A stretch of 33,218 nucleotides of DNA from a virus (Duplodnaviria > Caudoviricetes): IMG/VR virus record IMGVR_UViG_3300025653_000134, positions 1 through 33,218 of that record; one strand, given 5' to 3'. A program made the position numbers and the translations under genes. Shown here piece after piece: positions 19,798-27,277 of this stretch. The notes under the pieces were generated by a model, which did not search any database, was not told the DNA's origin, and was given only the letters and a program-made list of their open reading frames with translations. The stretch's first letter is position 1. Each line of letters begins with the position of its first letter.

Positions 19798-20567
19798 TAT
19801 ATTGCTCCTAGTTTGTTAAGTTTATCTACGTCTGTCGGGTTGCGATACTTCAAGTCTTGTTCAAGGCGCAACACTTTTACTTGTGGCACATAACCACGCA
19901 ATTGTTTACCAATTGAAATAGTCTTTGGTAATGCGTCAGGGTCTAAAGCAACGATAGCCGTTGAGAACCGTGTGAGATAGTGCTTGTGTTCATCAAGCAG
20001 CGTAGTACCCAGCAATGCGACCCCGACAAATTTCTCATTGCCAACTACAGACGCACTCACACAGTCCTCAACAACCACGGCGACATCACCTTGACCACAG
20101 GTATAGGGGAGACTAGAAGACCCATACCTTCGCCATTTAGGGAGTCGCTTTGTCAACGCCCGACCAGTAGCGTCAACAATCTTGTTGTCATGTACGACAG
20201 GAAATACAATACGGTCTTCCTTTACATCATACATCAAGCCACACTCATCAATGTCAATACCCCACTCAGCACACCATTTAATTAGGTGTCTCTGATTACG
20301 ATGGGCCACAACAAATGGTGGCAATACAAATTCTACTTCCTTTTCTTCCTGTTTCTTTTTCATCTGTCTGATATCACTAGGTGTCATACCAACACGTTTG
20401 CCACCACTGATACCACAAGATGCCTTGTAACAATTCCAAACTACATTACCACCAATATTAGAAATTGTAAAGGTTTTATATCCTCTACATGATGGACAAT
20501 TGATGCGCTTAGATTCACCAATATACAATGTAGTCTCATTTATTATATCATTTAATGTATTATACAT
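19797..20567 (-). CDS. DNA primase (Zn finger plus TOPRIM)
   Basis: CPSC…CYKASC zinc finger; VVEDCVSA and ALDPDA TOPRIM motifs; start moved to the ATG at 20567 (SD GAGG). Confidence 0.88.
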   Translation of the reverse strand: MYNTLNDIINETTLYIGESKRINCPSCRGYKTFTISNIGGNVVWNCYKASCGISGGKRVGMTPSDIRQMKKKQEEKEVEFVLPPFVVAHRNQRHLIKWCAEWGIDIDECGLMYDVKEDRIVFPVVHDNKIVDATGRALTKRLPKWRRYGSSSLPYTCGQGDVAVVVEDCVSASVVGNEKFVGVALLGTTLLDEHKHYLTRFSTAIVALDPDALPKTISIGKQLRGYVPQVKVLRLEQDLKYRNPTDVDKLNKLGAI

Positions 20568-21492
20568 TGTATGTATCCTCATCTTTTGCGGCATCTAATG
20601 TGCTTTTACCATGCGCAGTTCGTTTTGTCAATGCATAATTTGCAGCATCGAATGTATTTTTTATGTAAGGTTTTACAGACTGTGGGTTAGCGTGTCCTGT
20701 AACCGACATGATTTGTCCAATTCCAACACCTGCCTGGACCATTTCTGTAGTACCTGTGCGCCGTAAGTCCGACAGTCGGAGAGTGTCAGGCAACCCAGCG
20801 CTACGAATAAGTGTGCGTCCATGCTTGGACATTTTGTATATAGTATAGGGTTCGTACTTACCCTGAATAGGATAAGGACGGGGGGCAACGTACTCCTGAA
20901 AGCCGAAGTCTTCGTGCTGCTGTTCCAGCATATCCATAAGATCGTCAGAGATAGGCAAATAAACCTCTGCCCTACGCTTTGATTGCAGGATATGCACACG
21001 CCTATGCTCAAAGTCTATGCTAGACCATTTGAGTAGGCGCATGTCACCCACACGCTGACACCATTCATATGCCATCTGTGCTATCAACCCAAGGTTGCGT
21101 GTGTTAAAGTCGCTGTATGCTGTGTCCAGTAGTTGGACGATGTGTTCTTTATCCCACAGGGTGGTGCGACTCTTAGGCTTACGCCTGCGAACAGCATTGA
21201 ATGGGTTGTTGTTGACCATCTCCATACGCAAGCCATGATTGTACACGACTCGCGCAATAGCCATTGTCTTGTTAGCGAAGTGGATACCTCTATCGCACCA
21301 TGTGTTGTATGCAAGTTTGCACATCTTAGTTGTCAATTGTTTGACATCTAGGCTACGAAAGATTCTTCCTTCAACTTTTGTATCCAAAACCTGGCCGATT
21401 AGATATTTATAATCTGCTTTAGTTTCATCTCTCAAGTCATTGTATTCATAGGAAGAATAGTAATCACTTACCATGTCATTGAAAGTAGTCAT
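20560..21492 (-). CDS. int: tyrosine recombinase / integrase
   Basis: CQRVGD (R), QSKR (K), SDLRRT (x-x-x-R), TGHAN (H), VKPY (Y); start probably ATG 21492 rather than 21615. Confidence 0.88.
   Translation of the reverse strand: MTTFNDMVSDYYSSYEYNDLRDETKADYKYLIGQVLDTKVEGRIFRSLDVKQLTTKMCKLAYNTWCDRGIHFANKTMAIARVVYNHGLRMEMVNNNPFNAVRRRKPKSRTTLWDKEHIVQLLDTAYSDFNTRNLGLIAQMAYEWCQRVGDMRLLKWSSIDFEHRRVHILQSKRRAEVYLPISDDLMDMLEQQHEDFGFQEYVAPRPYPIQGKYEPYTIYKMSKHGRTLIRSAGLPDTLRLSDLRRTGTTEMVQAGVGIGQIMSVTGHANPQSVKPYIKNTFDAANYALTKRTAHGKSTLDAAKDEDTYNV
20603..20631 (-). promoter_or_regulatory. sigma70-type promoter for the replication operon, inside the 3' end of the integrase gene
   Basis: TTGACA-17 nt-TAAAAG with an extended -10 TG; lies about 35 nt upstream of the primase start. 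Confidence 0.55.
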
Positions 21493-21545
21493 AGCCCAAA
21501 CGCCAACAAGATAATCATACCAATTACTGCAATAATAATGTCCAT
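21489..21545 (-). CDS. 18-aa hydrophobic micropeptide (MDIIIAVIGMIILLAFGL), not in the ORF track
   Basis: Strong SD AGGAG 8 nt upstream; its stop overlaps the integrase start (ATGA). Confidence 0.55.
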   Translation of the reverse strand: MDIIIAVIGMIILLAFGL

Positions 21546-21556
21546 GTATTTTTCTC

Positions 21557-21745
21557 CTAATCGCAAGAATCCCAACGTGACATAACAGCAGTGAACCTAC
21601 CAGTGTTAGGATCATGTGTCATGCGTATAACTCTAGTGTCATATCCAAGGGGGTGATATCTGTTTAGATACCACCTGATCTTTTCGGATAGATCGTCCTT
21701 AGATGTAGCAACAAGTGTCTCCTCTAAGTTTCTAGGCATCGTCAT
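21557..21745 (-). CDS. hypothetical protein (YHPLGYDT motif)
   Basis: 62-aa ORF in the operon. Confidence 0.7.
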   Translation of the reverse strand: MTMPRNLEETLVATSKDDLSEKIRWYLNRYHPLGYDTRVIRMTHDPNTGRFTAVMSRWDSCD

Positions 21746-21956
21746 AACTCAGGTCAAACTCATACCGAAGTGCAGCCATAGCCCTCTTCAAATCTCTTGG
21801 AACATCTGCGCTACAGATTTCATAACATTCAGAGAAGTCAATATCAAATGCGAGCAATGCTTTGAACGCATCATTTACTGCCTTCCATTGTTCAGGCCGC
21901 ATCTCTGAAATCGCTACTGCAATTTCCTGCTTACGTCTTTGCTGTTCTTTACTCAT
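21732..21956 (-). CDS. hypothetical protein
   Basis: 74-aa ORF with SD GGAGG. Confidence 0.7.
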   Translation of the reverse strand: MSKEQQRRKQEIAVAISEMRPEQWKAVNDAFKALLAFDIDFSECYEICSADVPRDLKRAMAALRYEFDLSYDDA

Positions 21957-22132
21957 GTTTTCAAGTCCTCCAATAATTTCTCGACACGACTTTCTAGCAC
22001 ACTGATTGCAGTGTGTATGTGTCCAGTATCGCGGGGTTGCAGTTGTTCTCTTAGGAAATCAATCTCATCCATCAATACAGATGCGTGTTGCATAAGATGC
22101 TTCCTATCTATAAAAGGTTTGTACTCAGGCAT
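21953..22132 (-). CDS. small protein, not in the ORF track (MPEYKPFIDRKHLMQHASVLMDEIDFLREQLQPRDTGHIHTAISVLESRVEKLLEDLKT)
   Basis: 59-aa frame with SD AAGGAG; ATGA coupling to the next gene. Confidence 0.7.
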   Translation of the reverse strand: MPEYKPFIDRKHLMQHASVLMDEIDFLREQLQPRDTGHIHTAISVLESRVEKLLEDLKT

Positions 22133-22640
22133 TGATTGCTCCTTTCATCCAGCCAGGCATATCCCGACCATTGTTGTACCTTGCAAACTTAGATTTATCT
22201 GCAATGTAAAAGTTACGATATGGTGTAATAGGCCAATGTTCTTTTGTCTTCAAGTGATCCATGCCACTAAAACATTGAGGGTGCTTTGTTACATGATTGA
22301 TAGCATGTGCTGGAACAAAGTCTCTACCCTTGGCTAGTGCTAGGAAATGTTTACCTGCTCCATGTTTCTTACTGTAGCGATAGGTATATTCTTTGAGCAT
22401 TGCTGAGTATAGATTGAACGCATATGTGTAGTTTGCACGACTCTCCATAGCCCACAGAGTACATGGATGATTCCGATGTACAGGTCTGTATAAATCATGT
22501 TCCTCTGCATACTCTGGTGCATGATGCCACAGCGCAGTGCATAACATCTGCGCCTCTTCCAATGGCATCTTGACAATGTGTTGATCGCATAACTGTTGGG
22601 CTATTGCGATAGGGTGGTGGTCAATTAAAAACCTATTCAT
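22125..22640 (-). CDS. pyrimidine-dimer DNA glycosylase (endonuclease V)-like protein
   Basis: MNxFxxD…AQxLCDQHIVKMPLEEAQML…HRNHPCTLW…YRNFY; start at 22640 (TAATG coupling). Confidence 0.75.
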   Translation of the reverse strand: MNRFLIDHHPIAIAQQLCDQHIVKMPLEEAQMLCTALWHHAPEYAEEHDLYRPVHRNHPCTLWAMESRANYTYAFNLYSAMLKEYTYRYSKKHGAGKHFLALAKGRDFVPAHAINHVTKHPQCFSGMDHLKTKEHWPITPYRNFYIADKSKFARYNNGRDMPGWMKGAINA

Positions 22641-23179
22641 TAGGCACACTCCTTTGCTTCTTCTGCCCACTCTTGAAGTTGTCGAGTGATATCAAATACC
22701 TCATCTAATTCTGGCGACACTTGCTCTTCGTCAATGTTAAAGGATGCATCTAGGTATTGTTCATCCTCACTTGAGTAGTGCCACTCGCCAGCAAAAGCAC
22801 AGCCATACTCAACATAGTATGCCTCGACATCAAAACCCTGCTCCATGAGTGCTTCATAGATAGGAATGGGGGGCGACCATGCAGTGTCAAAGGTGAATGT
22901 TACATTGTTATCATCACCATGTGACCAATCCATGTGGCAAGCATCCCACTTAGTTCCCCAATTATCTATCGACCAGTCATACCAATTTGGTATGCCCTTG
23001 CGTTCACACTCTTCACGTTCCTCGTTACCAAGTGCGCCGCGAAAGGTATTGTCAGGCATAGGCTTGATGTACTTAAACAAGTCACCGTTCTCGTCTGCAC
23101 GAACCTGTGCCATGAGGTTATCAAGTACGTCAGCATCCTTGTGCCATATCGTCAGTCTGTTCTCACACCAATTTGGCAT
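22640..23179 (-). CDS. YubB/DUF1281-like ferredoxin-fold protein
   Basis: MPNWCENRL…WYDWSIDNWGTKWD…FDTAWSPP signature. Confidence 0.8.
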   Translation of the reverse strand: MPNWCENRLTIWHKDADVLDNLMAQVRADENGDLFKYIKPMPDNTFRGALGNEEREECERKGIPNWYDWSIDNWGTKWDACHMDWSHGDDNNVTFTFDTAWSPPIPIYEALMEQGFDVEAYYVEYGCAFAGEWHYSSEDEQYLDASFNIDEEQVSPELDEVFDITRQLQEWAEEAKECA

Positions 23180-23192
23180 AGTTAAGTCTCCT

Positions 23193-23735
23193 CTACTGGT
23201 TGTTTACTACTGAATCGTCATAGTGATAGAACATATCCTTCACTTTGTCAATGTCTATCTTGAACCATTCATTGCGCCGTTCATCTGCATACTGCTCTAA
23301 TGTACGGTGCATCAGGGTTTCAGCCTTGCGCTTGTCTGCTGTCTCAAAGGTACAGACAATCTCGTAGTCGCGGAATGGTGAGGATGTCTGGTATCCATTG
23401 AGTCTATCTTCTGCAATGGAAGCGCTGCCAATCTTTACCCACTCAGGCCAAGCCTGATTGATGATGGCATATACATACCCCTGTGGCACACTATTGATTT
23501 CTTTGTGTGACCACGCATCATCCAAACTTTTGAAATTTCCTGGCTTATGGAGTGGGTGTGACTTGGGAATGTACTTACCGTTGACAAACATTCGCGTCCG
23601 ATTTTTTCTAGCGTGACTTTCAAGTCGTTCACGATATTTGAACCCTGTTGTAGCAGGACTTACATACCACCATTCACCGTCCTCAAAGACTACGTTGTTT
23701 GATTTGGCATAGTATTGGTCAATCTTCTGTGTCAT
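23193..23735 (-). CDS. T5orf172/MUG113 (GIY-YIG-like) domain protein, copy B
   Basis: GYVYAI…WVKIG…DRLNGYQTSSP…NEWF; start moved to 23735 (SD GAGGAG). Confidence 0.85.
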   Translation of the reverse strand: MTQKIDQYYAKSNNVVFEDGEWWYVSPATTGFKYRERLESHARKNRTRMFVNGKYIPKSHPLHKPGNFKSLDDAWSHKEINSVPQGYVYAIINQAWPEWVKIGSASIAEDRLNGYQTSSPFRDYEIVCTFETADKRKAETLMHRTLEQYADERRNEWFKIDIDKVKDMFYHYDDSVVNNQ

Positions 23736-23859
23736 AGTTAATCTCCTCTTCATAATCGTTAGTGTCAATGTTCTCATCTGTTAGGCCCATGACGCTGGTG
23801 TCCAGCCAATCGTGGTCAAACATAAGTTTCTTCAGTCCTTCTTTCATCAGTTCTTCCAT
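23719..23859 (-). CDS. small acidic protein, not in the ORF track (MEELMKEGLKKLMFDHDWLDTSVMGLTDENIDTNDYEEEINYDTED)
   Basis: 46-aa frame filling the gap; very acidic C-terminus. Confidence 0.55.
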   Translation of the reverse strand: MEELMKEGLKKLMFDHDWLDTSVMGLTDENIDTNDYEEEINYDTED

Positions 23860-23862
23860 AGT

Positions 23863-24192
23863 TTAGTCCATCCTTGTAATAAAGTAGCCGTCATCAGTAG
23901 GCAAGGCAGTGATAGCATAGGGATAGAAGTATACTGTACCATCCTTTGTCTCCATCTTGCCTACATATTCTAGGTCATCATCTTCATCATAGTTACTTTT
24001 ATATGACCCATTCTCTTGTACTTCGCCGCCGAAACGATACAACTCTCCAAAGCCATAGCGTTCTGTCATGTACTGAACAAGGTCTGTCTCACCTAGCAGG
24101 TTGTATTCAACAACCCAATGAGGTAACAAGCCAAGTGATTCAGCGAGATGTTCCTTCGGTGCGTCATAGTGTGTTGTGTTAAGTATTAGCAT
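23863..24192 (-). CDS. hypothetical early protein
   Basis: 109-aa ORF with SD AAGGAG. Confidence 0.8.
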   Translation of the reverse strand: MLILNTTHYDAPKEHLAESLGLLPHWVVEYNLLGETDLVQYMTERYGFGELYRFGGEVQENGSYKSNYDEDDDLEYVGKMETKDGTVYFYPYAITALPTDDGYFITRMD

Positions 24193-25115
24193 GTGATTGT
24201 CTCCTTCATTCCATTGAAGATATGTGATATTACATCAACTGTCCAGCCGTTGCCAAGCATTTTGTAGCGTTGGGTATTGCTGACATGATCTGTGTAACCT
24301 TCTGGCACAGTTTGTAATCTCTCGCATTCAAGTGGGGTAAGTTTGCGCCATGTGGTATCACTTGTTAGTGTCTTGGGTTCACGATGTCCTCCACCCATTG
24401 TTGTCAGGCAGGGTGCTTTACCATCAGGATGATACACTCGTTTGACTGTCTGATTGCCACTGATATCTGCATCACCGACATGGCACAAGCCATCCTTGCT
24501 GAACACAAGTTGCCTACGATGTTTCTCAAAGTATGACTTGAGATTGCCACCCTTGAAATAGTTTGCGTCCAAGCAATGTGACTTGTCACGATCCACAAAA
24601 CCATCCTCAAGAATGTCACGCAGTTTGATGCCTTTATCATCTGGTAATCCATCCATCGGAATGTTTGTCCAGTAATAGCGTTGCCGATTTTGTGCAGACA
24701 CTAGGCTACTGTTGATAAAGATTGGTTCGACACCTAGTGCCTCAGTGATGACATCCATCGACTGCTGTTTCATCTTGACATTCTCAAGCAAGAAATATTT
24801 GGGCTTGCACTCTTTGAGTAAGCGCACAAATTCCCAGAATAATTTACTGCGTGGATCATCAAAGTTCAATTGCTTGCCAGCAAATGAGAACCCTTGGCAT
24901 GGACTGCCACCAATCAGTAGGTCAATCTGTGGCAGGTCATTGGCTGACACATCACGCACATCACCTAGATGTACCATATCAGGATAGTTAGCCTTTGCCA
25001 CTTTGATAGCGTATTTATCTATTTCTGCCGCGAAATATTTGTCAACCTGAAATCCAGATTTCTGTAGTGCAATCTGCCCACATGACATGCCGTCAAACAG
25101 CGATAGTACATTCAT
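24186..25115 (-). CDS. DNA cytosine-C5 methyltransferase
   Basis: Motif I LSLFDG, catalytic GGSPCQGFS, ENV, QNRQRYYW, RLQT and LGNGW; start moved to 25115. Confidence 0.92.
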   Translation of the reverse strand: MNVLSLFDGMSCGQIALQKSGFQVDKYFAAEIDKYAIKVAKANYPDMVHLGDVRDVSANDLPQIDLLIGGSPCQGFSFAGKQLNFDDPRSKLFWEFVRLLKECKPKYFLLENVKMKQQSMDVITEALGVEPIFINSSLVSAQNRQRYYWTNIPMDGLPDDKGIKLRDILEDGFVDRDKSHCLDANYFKGGNLKSYFEKHRRQLVFSKDGLCHVGDADISGNQTVKRVYHPDGKAPCLTTMGGGHREPKTLTSDTTWRKLTPLECERLQTVPEGYTDHVSNTQRYKMLGNGWTVDVISHIFNGMKETITC

Positions 25116-25233
25116 CTGTATCATCCTTTCCATACAGTTCGTCTGCTTGTTCCGGTGACAGGTCAAACCTGCCACACGGTGTTTTCGTTCTGTCTGTAAT
25201 CCAGACGCCTTCAAACTCAAAGCCCTCATCCAT
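25093..25233 (-). CDS. small protein, not in the ORF track (MDEGFEFEGVWITDRTKTPCGRFDLSPEQADELYGKDDTDECTIAV)
   Basis: 46-aa frame with TAATG coupling to the upstream gene. Confidence 0.55.
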   Translation of the reverse strand: MDEGFEFEGVWITDRTKTPCGRFDLSPEQADELYGKDDTDECTIAV

Positions 25234-25598
25234 TATGCAATATCCTTTGCAAACCAACGCTTGGCTGTCATGTCATTGATGACATACTTTGTGCCACTGC
25301 TCATGTCTTGCACAATCCATGGGTTCTTTCTGGCACGTGTCTTGTACCCAACCAATGTGAAAGTCTTACCTTGCTGGTTGGCAATCTTGGTTGTGTCAAG
25401 CCCAATGATGTTGGCAAAAGTTTCTAAGTCGCGTTCTTCTACTGACCCAGCCCCCTGCTCACGTACCTCTACCTTGAAGGTAACTTGTGTGTCATCGAAT
25501 GATGCATTCCCTGCGTGTATCTCATAGCCATCAATGCCATGTTCCGCAAAGATTGCGTTCAGTTTTTCACGTAGTGCTTTTGCTGTTGCTTTGTTCAT
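25233..25598 (-). CDS. hypothetical early protein
   Basis: 121-aa ORF in the operon. Confidence 0.8.
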   Translation of the reverse strand: MNKATAKALREKLNAIFAEHGIDGYEIHAGNASFDDTQVTFKVEVREQGAGSVEERDLETFANIIGLDTTKIANQQGKTFTLVGYKTRARKNPWIVQDMSSGTKYVINDMTAKRWFAKDIA

Positions 25599-25601
25599 GG
25601 T

Positions 25602-25736
25602 CTAGTACCCCATTTTCTGTCGTTGCTGTTTGTCCTGTCGCTGTTGCTTACGCAATGCTGACACAGGCTTTCTCTGTTTATTCGTTATCGCCTTGACCTT
25701 TACTGGTTTGCGATAGGTGATGATCTTTTTCGACAT
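25602..25736 (-). CDS. small basic protein (MSKKIITYRKP…)
   Basis: ORF with SD GAGGG before the ATG at 25736. Confidence 0.55.
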   Translation of the reverse strand: MSKKIITYRKPVKVKAITNKQRKPVSALRKQQRQDKQQRQKMGY

Positions 25737-25840
25737 CTTTTTTATCCCTCTTCCTATCATACCTTTTTTTATTAGGTATAACACTTGCCCTGCGTCTGGA
25801 CAAGGCAAGCGCCTTGGCTACTGGATTGATGCGCGATATC

Positions 25841-26023
25841 TTACGCACGTTTTACAAACTGACCTGTTGCCTCATCACGTGACACCATCAGGTAGCCTTT
25901 GTTGTTGCTGAACGTACCCTTGCGCTTGTACCGTGAAGTGGTACGCCGAAACTGTAGGTTATTCAGCCCCACTGGATTGCGAATGATACCTGCTACGTTC
26001 TTTGTGAATACAGTCTTAAACAT
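25841..26023 (-). CDS. small basic early protein
   Basis: 60-aa ORF with SD AAGGAG; C-terminal RDEATGQFV. Confidence 0.7.
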   Translation of the reverse strand: MFKTVFTKNVAGIIRNPVGLNNLQFRRTTSRYKRKGTFSNNKGYLMVSRDEATGQFVKRA

Positions 26024-26045
26024 GGTTTTAGTCTCCTTGTACTGG

Positions 26046-26222
26046 TTAGAGTGTGGTGTTTGTAAGTTCTATTTCATATCCTAACTTGTCACGAATGTCA
26101 AGCACCTGATACCTATAGAATGTCTTGCGTCCACACAAATCCGCAAGAAACCTGGATTTTTCACACATAGGGTAGAACCTAATCTCACCATAATTTTCTT
26201 TGCGTTCAAACTTTAACGTCAT
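26046..26222 (-). CDS. hypothetical early protein (NYGEIRFYPMC motif)
   Basis: ORF with SD AAGGGG before the ATG at 26222. Confidence 0.7.
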   Translation of the reverse strand: MTLKFERKENYGEIRFYPMCEKSRFLADLCGRKTFYRYQVLDIRDKLGYEIELTNTTL

Positions 26223-26223
26223 T

Positions 26224-26454
26224 TTATTCCCCTTGTCTGAGTTTTTCAATCTCTTCTTCGATTTCTTCTATCTTCATAGCAAAGAAACCCTCCAATGACT
26301 GCGCTTCCATGTATAAGCCATGGCGTTGCTCTTCTGATATCCAATCCTCAGACATATTTAGAAGATCATACATGCCTGCTATTTTACCGTTAAGGCCACA
26401 TACTTTTTGCCTGAGTTTTACAATCTCAACAAGATTGCTTGTTTGCTTATTCAT
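26224..26454 (-). CDS. hypothetical early protein
   Basis: ORF with TAATG coupling at 26454. Confidence 0.6.
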   Translation of the reverse strand: MNKQTSNLVEIVKLRQKVCGLNGKIAGMYDLLNMSEDWISEEQRHGLYMEAQSLEGFFAMKIEEIEEEIEKLRQGE

Positions 26455-26654
26455 TACCATTCCCCATTCATTTCCCATTCTTCTTGGGTTATGTTCATTC
26501 CCCATTCTTCCATTGCACAATCTATCGAATCTTGTGGCGACATACCATCATCAAAAAAGTCTCGCCACATTAAGTCTGGCATATCATGTACACCAACGCC
26601 AATCTCTGACACACAAATTGCGTCACACTCTGTCATAAATTCCTCGAATGTCAT
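26454..26654 (-). CDS. small acidic early protein (DMPD..WRDFFDDGMSP motif)
   Basis: 66-aa ORF with SD GAGGTG. Confidence 0.75.
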   Translation of the reverse strand: MTFEEFMTECDAICVSEIGVGVHDMPDLMWRDFFDDGMSPQDSIDCAMEEWGMNITQEEWEMNGEW

Positions 26655-26663
26655 TTTGTCACC

Positions 26664-27263
26664 TCACTTGATGTTGTGTATTCTGCGCCATGTCACCCAT
26701 GTGATGGCTTGCAATTCAAACGCTTTCAGCGCACGCCCATTAACCCTTGTGCGTTTCGCGGCCTGAACATACTCTGCCTGTAGTGTCCGATATTCCTTGA
26801 CACCAATGTTGGTCTTGTCGTCTGTCAAGCCCACACGTTCCGCATAGGCGATATTACGTGCGTGACCGTCAATTGTGCATGTGTCGTCACCCATGATGTT
26901 ACGATAGAATGAAACAATCTTTTGCCCATTCAGTATAGTAATCACGCCATCATGGTCAGGCATTGCCTCAAGTATTGACCATGCTTTTTCTTTCATTTTG
27001 TGATAGGTACATACCTTCACACTGTCCATACCGTCACCATTTACATTGGCATGGATTAAGTCTTTTGCATTTTGAATATTGCGTTCCCACTTGTTGTTTG
27101 GTGATAGGCTTGCTACCACACCAACGACAATATGCAATGGAACAGATGTATCAAGCGCAATTCGGGTACAGTCACGCAATGCGTCAGCATACCACACAAT
27201 ACCGTCACGCTTTTCTTCCGGTGTTGCCATCTTATATATGGCAAGAATATTTTCAACACTCAT
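26664..27263 (-). CDS. first early gene; putative HhH-GPD-like DNA glycosylase-fold protein (DUF7178-like)
   Basis: GIVWY…ASLSPNNKWERN…KIVSFY…TIDGHA…LQAITW; the IDxH and LQAxxW motifs resemble EndoIII/OGG-type glycosylases. Confidence 0.55.
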   Translation of the reverse strand: MSVENILAIYKMATPEEKRDGIVWYADALRDCTRIALDTSVPLHIVVGVVASLSPNNKWERNIQNAKDLIHANVNGDGMDSVKVCTYHKMKEKAWSILEAMPDHDGVITILNGQKIVSFYRNIMGDDTCTIDGHARNIAYAERVGLTDDKTNIGVKEYRTLQAEYVQAAKRTRVNGRALKAFELQAITWVTWRRIHNIK

Positions 27264-27277
27264 TTTCTAGTCTCCAC

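Noticed and set aside
21493-21615. Hydrophobic N-terminal extension of the integrase in the ORF track
   Set aside because: It overlaps two better-supported small ORFs; ATG 21492 gives a normal-sized recombinase
20400-21700. attP / tRNA-like core near the integrase
   Set aside because: No tRNA 3'-end-like sequence recognised by eye; a host genome comparison is needed
25116-25229. N-terminal extension of the methyltransferase
   Set aside because: Motif I begins right after ATG 25115, and the upstream DNA encodes a separate coupled 46-aa ORF
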